From Candidatus Poribacteria bacterium (GTDB lineage Bacteria; Poribacteria; WGA-4E; JAJDTR01): a DNA stretch of 64,000 nucleotides. The stretch is from assembly GCA_965222225.1 (NCBI GenBank), contig CBDCTK010000002.1, forward strand, positions 5,216,001 to 5,280,000, in the 5' to 3' direction. Both the position numbers and the translations under genes were made by a program. This document shows positions 49,266-59,293 of this stretch, one piece after another. Below the pieces are notes generated by a model that saw only the letters and a list, made by a program, of their open reading frames with translations, was not told the origin of the DNA and ran no database searches. Each line of letters starts with the position of its first letter. Position 1 is the stretch's first letter.

Positions 49266-49405
49266 GATCAACCGACTGATTAAGGAGGGCGATAGAGATC
49301 CCCTGCGATCAAGCGACTGGACAGGATCAAACGAGTGGATAACGATTAAGTGACCGAATAGGGAACGCGACAGCAAATCCCGTGCGATAGAACTCTTGCC
49401 AGCCT
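49266..49405 (+). repeat. GATCAA-hairpin repeat cluster, nested, inside a GTAGGGTGCG REP
   Basis: Units at 49266, 49307 (partial), 49325 (split) and 49344. Confidence 0.85.
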
Positions 49406-49511
49406 TTTCTCCGTGTCGTGATACCGCGACGGGAAAATTTCGGCACGCTGACATGCCCGATTACATTTTTGTCCGATAAAGGCGAACGATGTGACCCAAT
49501 CTCCGATTGAC

Positions 49512-50792
49512 CTAGCGCTCCTGCCAACGCCCCGGCTCCGGATTCTTCTGCACCTGTTGGAACAGATTCGCCCACTCGATTGAGCCGTCATCGTACCACA
49601 CTTCCAAACGTGCGCCTTCCACCTGCGCTTCCGCAATGCCCTGTTTGAAATAACTTAACCGGTCGCCTTCCATATGGATACAACTGCCATCCGGATATAC
49701 TACGGTCTTGATAATCCGAGGCTCTGGATGTATGTAACGCCCCTCCGCGTCGAGTTTTTCGTCGGGCACGCGGTATTTTTCGATGGCGTCTTCATCAACT
49801 TCAACACCGAGACCGGGAGCGTCCGGAACTTTGTGACATCCGTCCACAACTTCGATTGGCTTCTTGAGCAAATGGTGACTGTACAGATTAATGCAGGTAA
49901 TCGCAGGCCAAGTAGCGTGGGTAAGTACCGCGCCCAGATGGCCCGCCCAGGTTGTCGTCAGTCCGTTCCCCACGATCTGCAACCAGAAGGGGAGTTCCGC
50001 CTCCGCGCTAAGAGACCCTTGACGAACCACGATGGACTTCCCACCACCGATGACATACCCATCACAAACAGACTCACGGATGTTGACCTTGTAGGGTGGT
50101 GAACCGAAGTGCATCGCAATCGGTCGGTCTATGGCTTGGCGAATCCGCTTGTTGTCCGCCACATTCTCTTGTGGTATCGGTGATTCAAACATCGCCACGT
50201 TGTCGTATTTCGCCAACTTCGCCATGATAGGAATGGCGGTTGCCGCATCTTGGAAAGAACCGTTTGGATCCAGATCGAGTTTGAAATCCGCCGGCACAAC
50301 CTTGGAAATCGCATCAACCTGTTCGACGATATCCCACCACGGGCGCGGTTTATTCTTGAAACTGGTGTAACCGCTTTCCACGGCATCTCTGGCTTCAGCC
50401 GCCCAGTTTTCCGGCGAGGCGTCAATCGACCACCACGAAATTGGCGCTGTGTCTCTCACCTTCGTCCCCAGTAATTCGTAGACCGGCACCTCCAGAATCT
50501 TTCCCACCACGTCAAAGAGTGCCATCTGCAAACCCGCGCCGAGAGAGTCGTCGTTCATCAATTTGGCGGGGCTTTCCCCTAGCACACGCTGTACGCTTTC
50601 GTCGGTAACACGTCCATAGGTGTAGTGGATGACCGTCTCCCCCCATCCCACATGCCCGGTGTCCGTGGTCACCTTGCACAGTTCCAAAATGGACCAGTTG
50701 TACACATTGGATACGCTCTCGATAGTGATTTGGTTCTGCCGAGGCGTAAACGGTACGTCAACAATAGTGCGTTCGACATTAACAACTTTCAT
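49512..50792 (-). CDS. Mandelate racemase/muconate lactonizing enzyme (enolase superfamily)
   Basis: TDTGHVGWGE, MALFDVVGK...PVYELLG, FKNKPRP, LDPNG, FESPI, VPDAPGLGVEVDE. Confidence 0.9.
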   Translation of the reverse strand: MKVVNVERTIVDVPFTPRQNQITIESVSNVYNWSILELCKVTTDTGHVGWGETVIHYTYGRVTDESVQRVLGESPAKLMNDDSLGAGLQMALFDVVGKILEVPVYELLGTKVRDTAPISWWSIDASPENWAAEARDAVESGYTSFKNKPRPWWDIVEQVDAISKVVPADFKLDLDPNGSFQDAATAIPIMAKLAKYDNVAMFESPIPQENVADNKRIRQAIDRPIAMHFGSPPYKVNIRESVCDGYVIGGGKSIVVRQGSLSAEAELPFWLQIVGNGLTTTWAGHLGAVLTHATWPAITCINLYSHHLLKKPIEVVDGCHKVPDAPGLGVEVDEDAIEKYRVPDEKLDAEGRYIHPEPRIIKTVVYPDGSCIHMEGDRLSYFKQGIAEAQVEGARLEVWYDDGSIEWANLFQQVQKNPEPGRWQER

Positions 50793-51033
50793 CTGTACCC
50801 CTTTCTCCGCTTATAGTCATTACAATAAGGATTTCGCATATAGGACTTAGGTTGTTCGGTTTGTAGTAGCATAATTTATTGTGCGTCTCCTGTAGGAGCG
50901 ATCTCCCGATCACGACTTCCTGTAGCGAGCAAAGTTCACCTTTACAGTTGGTTTGTCGTAATAATCTTCAATCATTAAATCCCCCTGGTCGGTCCTACTG
51001 GATTGACAAATCCAGCAAATCTTTGTTTAACCC

Positions 51034-51115
51034 GTAGGTTGGGTTGAACAATCAAGCGACTGAATAGGGAATGCGATAGTGACTCCCTGCGATAGGAATC
51101 CTAGTGAAACCCAAC
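51034..51115 (+). repeat. REP-like GTAGGTTGGGTT...AACCCAAC hairpin with GATCAA-hairpin units in its loop
   Basis: Stem halves at 51034-51049 and ~51103-51115 flank the unit at 51050 and an orphan 3' half. Confidence 0.8.
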
Positions 51116-51142
51116 TATCCAGCTGAAAACCCACAGCATAGC

Positions 51143-52567
51143 CTAGAATGGGTTGAGTTCGTTTTTAAGTTCTTCCACCGCATTCATGGCATCCTCCAAT
51201 TCCTGTCTAGGTATGTTCACAATGGTAGCATGGCTGAGCGGGTTAAGGATAATGCTTCGACCCAATTCGATTTCGTGAATGAGAGTTTGTTTTAGTTTGC
51301 AAGTGACTTTGTTTTTGATTTTGATGGAATCCCAGAAATCCTGACTGTCCAGTTTCTTCGGGTCGCTGCGATACCGGACCGGGAGACGTTCATCATCGCA
51401 ATACTTTTTTATTATTGTTTCAAAAGCCGTGCGGATGTAGATTGCACAAGCTTTGTAGTCGCAGGCATCAAGATGTTCCTGTGCCTTCTCAAGATACGCC
51501 TTATTTTCCACATAGACCGGCATTTCAAATTTGTCTGTTTGTGCGAAATAGAATTCAACGGCTTTCCATTGCCTGTTCGCGGAGGCCCACTGTTTGACAA
51601 TCTCATACCACGCCTTATCGTAAGTCATCAGAAAAATCTGGTACTCTGAGAAATATTTCTTCAGAATGTCAAGTACCGGGAAACGATTTGACATGTCCAA
51701 GCCAATCAACACGTCGTCAAGAGCGAGAATCTTCAACTCGCTGTCCGGTTGAAGTAAGAACCCTGCGAAATAGAGGGATAAAGCAATCGCAGACAGTTTC
51801 GCTTCGTTCAAGAAACTGTGATACGCGGCGAGATCTCTGTCAAGAAACTTCACCTTTAGTGAAATCTGCTGATTATCTAGCGTCTTGTCGTGACGGTTGT
51901 ACTTAATCTTATCAAAGCCCAGGTCCAGAATAACATTGTATCCAAACTCGTTGAGGATTTCAGATGTCAACGTCTGTAGTTCTGCTAGCTTACCGGTCAA
52001 CTCATTATTGAACGATTCAACTTGTTCTTCAAGTTCTGCAATCTGTGTGGTTGCGTTTCGGCGAGGACGTGGTGCTTTTCGTAGGTCATCCCAGTCGTCG
52101 ACGAGACTTCGATTGGATTTGTCGCCAATAGTATTACCTAAGAGATTGTCAATCAGTAGCACGAAGACATTCACGTCCTCTTCATCGTGATTGACATTAT
52201 GCGTCTTCAGAAGCGCCTTGTAATCTAGGAAGCCCTTTGCCTTTGATGCATCAATAATACGTTGGTTCTCCGTCTCTCTAACAGTTCGCGACCATTTGTA
52301 GATACACTCATTTGGAACTGAATCCGCCTGGAGATGGAGCTTAGTGTATCCATCATCCTTAATGAAGATGTTCTGATGATTTTCAAATCGGGCAGAGGTA
52401 TCCTCACTGGATTCAAGAAACGACTTTAATGCCAGATACAGCGACGATTTTCCGCTCCCATTCTCGCCGTAGACCAGCAGATTTTTCCCTGCTTTATGAA
52501 GGTCAATCTCCAAGGTTCCACGGAAGGCTCTGAAGTTTTTAGTCTTGATTTTGGTGATTCTCACCAC
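51143..52567 (-). CDS. ABC/AAA-family ATPase with HEPN-like C-terminus (RloC/PrrC-like architecture)
   Basis: KNFRAF, GENGSGKSS, coiled coil, degenerate signature FLNEAK, LALDDVLIGLD..NR; C-terminal IRTAFE...RSIILNPLSH. Confidence 0.8.
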   Translation of the reverse strand: MVRITKIKTKNFRAFRGTLEIDLHKAGKNLLVYGENGSGKSSLYLALKSFLESSEDTSARFENHQNIFIKDDGYTKLHLQADSVPNECIYKWSRTVRETENQRIIDASKAKGFLDYKALLKTHNVNHDEEDVNVFVLLIDNLLGNTIGDKSNRSLVDDWDDLRKAPRPRRNATTQIAELEEQVESFNNELTGKLAELQTLTSEILNEFGYNVILDLGFDKIKYNRHDKTLDNQQISLKVKFLDRDLAAYHSFLNEAKLSAIALSLYFAGFLLQPDSELKILALDDVLIGLDMSNRFPVLDILKKYFSEYQIFLMTYDKAWYEIVKQWASANRQWKAVEFYFAQTDKFEMPVYVENKAYLEKAQEHLDACDYKACAIYIRTAFETIIKKYCDDERLPVRYRSDPKKLDSQDFWDSIKIKNKVTCKLKQTLIHEIELGRSIILNPLSHATIVNIPRQELEDAMNAVEELKNELNPF

Positions 52568-55500
52568 TTGTCCTCAATGATACGAATCGGTCTTAGACTA
52601 TCCTGAAAGAAAAGGTTGACCCGAACTGGATGTTCTTTATGGTACAGGCGCTCATATAGAGCGCGGAATGCAAACATTTTATCTCCGTGAATCTCTTTCA
52701 CTTCCGACAACTGCTCCGCCATCAGATGTTTGAATAAATCTCTGTTACCGCCCTGGAGCACATCGGGCATGTAGAACTCATAAAACAGCCCGTTGATTAT
52801 ACGCTCGAAATATTTGAGCATCAGGAAATCGCGAGCATGGGCTAAATCCTTGCCGCTCGTTGTCGGTTGGTTTTGAAGATAGATGAGGTACTCGACAATC
52901 TTGCGAACCAAGTTTTTCTGCTCTGCATTGAGGTCGGGAACGGGAATCTGCTTTATAAAGCCGCCGCGCGCTTGAAGTTCGCCCGGGCCTGACTGGTCAG
53001 AAACTTGGTAATAGAACCACTCCACGGTGCGCGTATTGAGTAAACCGCACAACCACGTTTGCTCCGTGGGGATGATGTAGCAAGTAGAGCCGCAAAAATA
53101 TCCATCGGCCTCAACCGCAAAGGTTTGGGTGTTATAAAGGTTCGGACAGACCAGCTTCGGTACCGCATAGCGCTCAATCTCCTCGACGGATGCTTGGAGC
53201 TCGTACCATCCCCCTTTGCCTTTTCTCTTGCTAAGAGAATCTCGGTGTTTTTCTAGGTGTCTTCGAATGGCTGGATAGGCGTTTATCTCTATACCACGGT
53301 AGGCAAAGATTAACCACTGCTCCGGTGGTTCCACTTGCCAGCGTCTTATGTCCCGCCCATGCAGGATTGGCTTCAGAATATCTTCGGACGAAGGGTGTTC
53401 TGCAATCAGTTTATCTCGCGTTTTGCCGTCTACTACAAACACATCAGTCGGTGCTGTTTTGATTCCGAAAAAGGGCTGCGTCTTGATATATTCTCCCAAC
53501 GGCGTACCAGTATCGCGAAGTCTCTTCTCCAAATTCAACATTTCTGGAGAATCATCCAGAGAACGAGAAGACTTTTCATCGACGGTTATGGCTTTTTCTT
53601 TCATGGGATAACGGTTCCTAAAACCTTGGCGAACCAACATCGCGATATCTTCCGGCAACTTAACCTGATTTGCCCGCTCAAAGGCGGCAATGTTTTTGTA
53701 ATCGTTGCGAAACGCCGCGCCAATATCCACACCTTTCTTCTTGGCAGTGATCAGATTTGCTTTGGCTTTGTCCCATTCTTTCAGGTGCAACCAAACTTCA
53801 GCGCGATTGTAATAGGCGTTAGCATAATCTCGTTTTATCGCGACATCATACTCTTCAATTGCGCGATTGTACTCACCGTTTTTGTAATAAGCAACTCCCC
53901 GATTGTTGTAGGCTACAGCAAGCGCCGGGTTGAGTTCAATGACTTTGCTATAGTCCTTGATGGATCGGTCAAATTCGCGTTGTTGATAATAAGCAATAGC
54001 ACGATTGTGATAGGCGAGGAAGCAATTAGGTTTCAGTTCTATTGCCTTATTATAGTCCTTGATGGCCCGATCAATTTCGCCCTTGTTGCGATACGCAGCA
54101 CCGCGGTTGTTATATGGTGCGGGATTCCAAGGTTCCAGTTCTATTGCCCTAGTACAGTCGATGATAGCGCGATCGTTCTCGCCTTTACTACGGTAAGCAC
54201 CTCCACGATTGCTGTAGGCCGCGGCATAGTTCTGTTTGCGCGCTATTGCTTTGCTAAAATCCTCAATAGCCCGGTCATGTTCACCTTTGTTACTGTTGAG
54301 CGTCCCACGATTGTTATAAGGCTCGGGATCGTCAGGATTGAGTTTTATCGCTGTGTTGTAATCTTTGACAGCTAGGCCAATCTTCCCTTGTTCATCGTAA
54401 GCAATGCCTCGGCTGTTATATGCGTTCGCATAATTGGGATTGAGTTGTATTGCTTTGTTAAAGTCTTTGATTGCCCGATCAACTTCATCCTTTTCGTGGT
54501 AAGCAATGCCGCGGTTGTTATAGGGATCAGCACAATAGGGATTGAGTTTAATCGCCACGTTAAATTCGTCAATTGCGCGATTGATTTCACCATGGTCACG
54601 GTAAGCAACCCCTCGATTATTATAGGCATTGGCATAATCCGGTTTGAGTTTGATAGCCATGTTAAAGTCTTTAATAGCTCGGCCATAATTACCTTTATCG
54701 TAGTAAACTGCACCACGATTATTGTATGGTTCGGCAAGGCCTGGGTTTAATTGTATTGCTGTATTAAAGTCTTTGATGGCTTGGTCTACCTCGCCCTTAT
54801 CGCGGTAAGCATTACCCCGATTGTTATAAGCTATGAAAGAGTCGGAATTTCGATCTATCGCTTTGGTGAAGTCTTTTATGGCCCTTTTGATGTCGTGCTT
54901 ATTGCTGTAAACCATTCCGCGATTATTATAGGCCATGGCAAAATCGGGTTCGTGTTTAATTGCAGTGTTAAAGTCTTTTATGGCCCGGTCATAATTACCT
55001 CTATCACAGTATGCATTGCCGCGATTATAGTAGGCGTTGGCATCGTCGGCCCTAAGTTCTATCGCGGCATTAAAATCCTTGATAGCAAGGTCATACTCGC
55101 CCAGTTTGTGATAGGCAATCCCTCGGTTGTTGTAGGGCTTGTCCTCATTGGGATTACGTCGTATCGCGTGATTAAAGTCCTTGATAGCAAGTTCAACCTC
55201 GTCTTTATCGACGTAAACAGTGCCGCGATTGTTATAGGCGGCGGCATCACCAGGATTGAGTTGTATCGCTTGATTGAAGTCCTTGATGGCAAAGCCATAC
55301 TCACCTTTGCTGTTATACGCAACCCCGCGGTTGTTGTATGCGTCGGTATCACGGGGGTTGAGTTCAACCGCCAGTGAGTAAGCTTCTATAGCCCCGTCTA
55401 TTTGCCCAAGCCTCAGAAGAAAATCACCTTGTTGGAACGCCGATTCAGCGCGTAACTCTCGTTCAGACATCCTAGGTGCCGAATCCTCCTGAACTAGCAT

Positions 55501-56004
55501 TTTGCGAACCGCTTTCCGGGTACCCTCCACCACATTTTGCCAGCCTTTGCTCCTAGGATTCCATTCGTTGAGAGGTTTGCCTTCGGCAGGGAGAACTTGG
55601 ATGTCACCGAGTATCTGGGGTTCCCATCTGTTAGGGTGCAAGCCCTCGGCGGACGGAGCCTTAGTACTTCTCAATTGATGATTCTCCCAGTCGCACGCCT
55701 CAAGGATAATCGGAATAACCCGTGTGTCTGTTTTTAACGCCTCTGCCAACTCCTTGTTGCAATTATTAGAGGCAAGACTTGCAGCCGAGACTAAGTATAG
55801 GAGAATATCCGAATTGGCTAGGTTATCGGCAATGTCTCTATACCACTCATCGCCCGGGAGAATTTCGTTGTCGTCCCAAAGTTCTATCTCGCCTCTGTTT
55901 TCCATCACGGCAAGGCGAGTTCTCAATTCCTTCCTTTCTTCTTTATCGTTATGTGAATAAGTAATGAATGCTTTTGGTCCTGCGCCCATTCTCATGTTCT
56001 CCAC
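52561..56004 (-). CDS. TIR domain - about 17 TPR repeats - TaqI_C-like DNA target recognition domain fusion
   Basis: AFITYSHND...WDDNEILPGDEW...SNNCNKEL...VIPIIL (TIR); 34-aa AYNNRG repeats; GIKT...LKPILHGRDIRRW...YPAI..HL...WYELQ...PKLV...LCGLLNT...IKQIPVP (type IIG R-M specificity region). Confidence 0.9.
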   Translation of the reverse strand: MENMRMGAGPKAFITYSHNDKEERKELRTRLAVMENRGEIELWDDNEILPGDEWYRDIADNLANSDILLYLVSAASLASNNCNKELAEALKTDTRVIPIILEACDWENHQLRSTKAPSAEGLHPNRWEPQILGDIQVLPAEGKPLNEWNPRSKGWQNVVEGTRKAVRKMLVQEDSAPRMSERELRAESAFQQGDFLLRLGQIDGAIEAYSLAVELNPRDTDAYNNRGVAYNSKGEYGFAIKDFNQAIQLNPGDAAAYNNRGTVYVDKDEVELAIKDFNHAIRRNPNEDKPYNNRGIAYHKLGEYDLAIKDFNAAIELRADDANAYYNRGNAYCDRGNYDRAIKDFNTAIKHEPDFAMAYNNRGMVYSNKHDIKRAIKDFTKAIDRNSDSFIAYNNRGNAYRDKGEVDQAIKDFNTAIQLNPGLAEPYNNRGAVYYDKGNYGRAIKDFNMAIKLKPDYANAYNNRGVAYRDHGEINRAIDEFNVAIKLNPYCADPYNNRGIAYHEKDEVDRAIKDFNKAIQLNPNYANAYNSRGIAYDEQGKIGLAVKDYNTAIKLNPDDPEPYNNRGTLNSNKGEHDRAIEDFSKAIARKQNYAAAYSNRGGAYRSKGENDRAIIDCTRAIELEPWNPAPYNNRGAAYRNKGEIDRAIKDYNKAIELKPNCFLAYHNRAIAYYQQREFDRSIKDYSKVIELNPALAVAYNNRGVAYYKNGEYNRAIEEYDVAIKRDYANAYYNRAEVWLHLKEWDKAKANLITAKKKGVDIGAAFRNDYKNIAAFERANQVKLPEDIAMLVRQGFRNRYPMKEKAITVDEKSSRSLDDSPEMLNLEKRLRDTGTPLGEYIKTQPFFGIKTAPTDVFVVDGKTRDKLIAEHPSSEDILKPILHGRDIRRWQVEPPEQWLIFAYRGIEINAYPAIRRHLEKHRDSLSKRKGKGGWYELQASVEEIERYAVPKLVCPNLYNTQTFAVEADGYFCGSTCYIIPTEQTWLCGLLNTRTVEWFYYQVSDQSGPGELQARGGFIKQIPVPDLNAEQKNLVRKIVEYLIYLQNQPTTSGKDLAHARDFLMLKYFERIINGLFYEFYMPDVLQGGNRDLFKHLMAEQLSEVKEIHGDKMFAFRALYERLYHKEHPVRVNLFFQDSLRPIRIIEDKW

Positions 56005-56098
56005 AATAGCGAATTATTAGAAGTTCGTCCGAATCGCAAGTTACCAGAGATTGCAGAATTTCACGGATTAAGTTCAACCAACGTTAGGACTCGCTTTT

Positions 56099-56261
56099 AA
56101 TCCGCGTAATCAGTTTAATCCGATCAACTGACTGAATAACGAGGGATCAAGCGACTGAACAAGGAGCGCGATAGAGATCCCATAGTAAATCCCGTAGTGA
56201 CCGATCAACTGAGTGGTCAACGAAGGCGATAGCAGATCCCGATAGAAATCCCATTCAGACA
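56099..56261 (+). repeat. AATCCG...ATTCAGACA element filled with nested GATCAA-hairpin units
   Basis: Units at 56122 (split), 56145, 56203; an unfilled relative is at ~19928-19969. Confidence 0.8.
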
Positions 56262-56337
56262 AGCGATAGTACATCGCCCCCTAAAATCGCAAGAACTTCA
56301 GTGTTTGACGTGCTCCATCAGTCATTGAATGATCCGC

Positions 56338-57033
56338 TTAGGATGATTTCTCATGCTCATACCAATCTCGCGGATAATACCCAATCACCAAGCGCCCATG
56401 ATCAAGATCATACATCGGCCAGTTGCTATCCGAAACCCCAAACACAATCTCATACTTCACGTCGGGGTGGATAATGGCACGCTCGAACACCCTCACCGCA
56501 TCGCCGTGACCGAGATGGTGCGGGTGTTCGGGCTTTGGCCTGTTGGCTCTGAAGTTGCCGATCCGCACCCCCACGAATCCGATGTCATACTGGCTCGAAT
56601 ACGAATATCCCATAGCCTCTCCGAACACTTTGCTCACCGTGTAATGACCAACCGGGCAAGGCGTCATATCAACCGTACGGCGTACCTTCGTGTAAGACGG
56701 TCCGAGCACACCTGCGCGGCTCGCATAAGCAATGCGGCGCACGCCATTCCGAACGGATGCTTCAAACATGTTGTAAGTTCCGATGAGATTGCTCTGAAGT
56801 ACGCCTTCCCAGCCATGGTCGATGCCGGTTAGATGGATGACCGCATCCATACCTTGGGTCGCTCGGAGCATCGTGTCAAAGTCGGCGACATCGCCGATGA
56901 TTGTGTCTTCAAGATCGGGCATCGGTTGGCGGTCTAAACCGCGAATGGCGTACCTATCCTTCATTCCCTTCACGAGTACCGAGCCAATCGCCCCCGCCGC
57001 GCCGGTGATTAAAACTTTAATCTTCTCTTCCAT
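56338..57033 (-). CDS. NAD-dependent epimerase/dehydratase (uronate dehydrogenase-like)
   Basis: ITGAAGAIG, YTVSKVFGE, VRIG, FGVSDS, GYYPRD. Confidence 0.85.
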   Translation of the reverse strand: MEEKIKVLITGAAGAIGSVLVKGMKDRYAIRGLDRQPMPDLEDTIIGDVADFDTMLRATQGMDAVIHLTGIDHGWEGVLQSNLIGTYNMFEASVRNGVRRIAYASRAGVLGPSYTKVRRTVDMTPCPVGHYTVSKVFGEAMGYSYSSQYDIGFVGVRIGNFRANRPKPEHPHHLGHGDAVRVFERAIIHPDVKYEIVFGVSDSNWPMYDLDHGRLVIGYYPRDWYEHEKSS

Positions 57034-57154
57034 TACTACCTCTTGGATTGTACGACTTCAGATTTGGAATATCTCACTAGTTAAACGTGGCAATTCCAAG
57101 TCGCTCTGAATCCTGACTAATCCGGAACTAGGATTTGCTTTTGCACCGCCCCTA

Positions 57155-58306
57155 TTAGCTCCTACCTATGCGTCGGTCCTCTGCCTCTAGCCATTCGTTG
57201 TAGGGTCTGGGCATCTTCTCTGGAGCGGGCAAGCCGTTTTCCCGCCGCCAACGCAGCAGCGGGTGTTCTCGGTGTTGCTGCGGTAAGTCTACGCGATTGC
57301 CATACGCCGCGGATTCGAAAATGCCCATCATAATTTCAATATTGTGCTGTCCCTCCGCACCGCTGCATTCGTGATCGCGATTTTCGTCTAAGGCGCTAAC
57401 GTGCTCTTCGACAAACCAGTAATCGTCGATGGAGGCGGGGCTGGATCGGTCATAGTGTTCCGGATAGAGTGGCGCCAACGCTTCCCAGCCATCCGGTTCA
57501 AACGACTGTGTCAACCGCCACGCGCCTCCTTGAATGAGAAGCCCGGTTTTCCCCAGCAATCGTCCTTCAGTCCCGACAATCTCCATCATGGTGGAAGTCG
57601 TTGACGGGAGACGGTGCTGCAAAAGGTTCGCTGTAACGTTATTGTCAAAGTGAAGCGTCGCCGTGATGCGTTCTCCGGCAATCGTTCCCATTCCGTGCGG
57701 TGACGAAATAACGTCCTCAGGTGTAATGAGATGGTTGTTTGTTAATGCCGTGGCGGAAACGGTGCGGCAATGACCCGCGAACTTGAGCATATCATTGAGT
57801 TGGTGTGTCCCGATATTCATCAATCCGTAACCGCCGTAGTAGACCTTGCCGCGGCTGTTGATATAGCACAATTCGCCAATGCGGCCCTCTGTAAACGCCT
57901 TGTACGTTGCCCGCATATAAGCGCCAACGCGGCCCTGATGATGAACGGCTATGCGAACTCCCTTTTCCTTCGCTTTTGCCACCACCGCATCGGCTTGCTC
58001 AAGGTCAACACACATCGGCTTTTCAACATCGACATGGACGCCGTGTTCCAGCACGCGCATGCAGAGATCGTAGTGAAACTCGGTTCCCGTCGGTATGGCC
58101 ACGATATCGGGTGCGGTCTGGCGAATCATCTCATCCAAGTCGGTAAAGCGCGCGGTTACCCCCAATTCGTCACCGAGTGTGTCTAGTCGATCTCGGATTA
58201 GGTCGCACAGCGCTACGACTTCGGTGTGCGGGTGGGCATGATACGCGCGCGCAGCCGCGGTGCCGCGTCCACGACAGCCCAAAATCGCAATTCGATACGT
58301 TTTCAT
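57155..58306 (-). CDS. Gfo/Idh/MocA-family oxidoreductase
   Basis: AILGCRGRG, VDVEKPM, LMNIGTH. Confidence 0.88.
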   Translation of the reverse strand: MKTYRIAILGCRGRGTAAARAYHAHPHTEVVALCDLIRDRLDTLGDELGVTARFTDLDEMIRQTAPDIVAIPTGTEFHYDLCMRVLEHGVHVDVEKPMCVDLEQADAVVAKAKEKGVRIAVHHQGRVGAYMRATYKAFTEGRIGELCYINSRGKVYYGGYGLMNIGTHQLNDMLKFAGHCRTVSATALTNNHLITPEDVISSPHGMGTIAGERITATLHFDNNVTANLLQHRLPSTTSTMMEIVGTEGRLLGKTGLLIQGGAWRLTQSFEPDGWEALAPLYPEHYDRSSPASIDDYWFVEEHVSALDENRDHECSGAEGQHNIEIMMGIFESAAYGNRVDLPQQHREHPLLRWRRENGLPAPEKMPRPYNEWLEAEDRRIGRS

Positions 58307-59091
58307 ACGGTTTCACCCAATGCTTTATCGAACTCTTGGATGCTGTTCTTCAAGACATTCGTTAACTCGAAATCGCCGCGATACGCCAATAACTGTGCTC
58401 CCAGTTCGCGAAGTTCCGTTATCTGCTCCGGTGTGCCGGCGGGCATGCCCCAAACGATGTTATGCCTGCGAGCGACTTCAGCGACCCGACAAATCGCCGT
58501 GTCAAGTGTTATCCCAGCGTTGGGTTCAACCCGATCAAGGCGTAGAGCGAGATCGCCGGGGCCCACAAAAAGCGCGTCGATTCCCGGCACGGATGCAATC
58601 TCGTCCGCGTTCTCAAGTGCTTCGAGTGTCTCAATCTGGACGACGACGAAGGTCTCACGATTAATGTCATCGGAATAGGCGCTGTTCGGACGAAAAACGT
58701 CAAGACCAAAGTCCGCATCCAGACCTGACCCGTCCAACCCGCGATTGCCCAACGGAGGAAATTTCACGGCATTCACAACACGCCGAGCGGTTGCCGCATC
58801 CGAAATAAGGGGCATCATCACAGCCGTCGTGCCATCCTCAAGATAGCGATAGAGGCGGGAATGTTCCTGTGTGGGAGGTCGCACCATACAGTCGATATCA
58901 TTGTAATGACACAGCGCCAACAAACTTTGAACCTCGCGGTCGGACATCGTCCGATGCTCCAGATCCAGCCAGATAAGGCCGTGACCGACATGTGCCGCAT
59001 GACGCACATAAAACGGGATGTAGTGCCCCAGACCGCATACACGAGCACACCTGCCCTCCCGGAATTTCTTCAACGTCTTGCTTTCTCTCAT
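58303..59091 (-). CDS. HpcH/HpaI aldolase family protein
   Basis: WLDLEH, KFPPLGNRG, VQIETLEALENADEIASVPGIDALFVGPGDL; 4-bp overlap with the downstream gene. Confidence 0.9.
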   Translation of the reverse strand: MRESKTLKKFREGRCARVCGLGHYIPFYVRHAAHVGHGLIWLDLEHRTMSDREVQSLLALCHYNDIDCMVRPPTQEHSRLYRYLEDGTTAVMMPLISDAATARRVVNAVKFPPLGNRGLDGSGLDADFGLDVFRPNSAYSDDINRETFVVVQIETLEALENADEIASVPGIDALFVGPGDLALRLDRVEPNAGITLDTAICRVAEVARRHNIVWGMPAGTPEQITELRELGAQLLAYRGDFELTNVLKNSIQEFDKALGETV

Positions 59092-59293
59092 GTTTTGTTC
59101 CTATTTCATGAAACCTTCAGAGCCTATTCGAAACCGAGTTTTTTCTTCAAAACTCGGTTTCTTCCTTACGCAATGTTGTAGAGTGGGCACTGCCCACCAG
59201 TCTTTGAAAGCCCTTGGTGAAAATGCTCAATGCAGCTATTCTGCAACCCAAATGACCAAAACAGACTCTACCACCCATCATCCAAACAGGCGC

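Noticed and set aside
53335-55377. Long plus-strand ORFs (346, 120 and 208 aa)
   Set aside because: Antisense shadows of the periodic TPR gene; no independent motifs or RBS.
56145-56181. Short repeat as a coding mini-peptide (IKRLNKERDRDP frame)
   Set aside because: Several copies have TGA in that frame (e.g. 35304, 56203), and the variation follows pairing rather than codon position.
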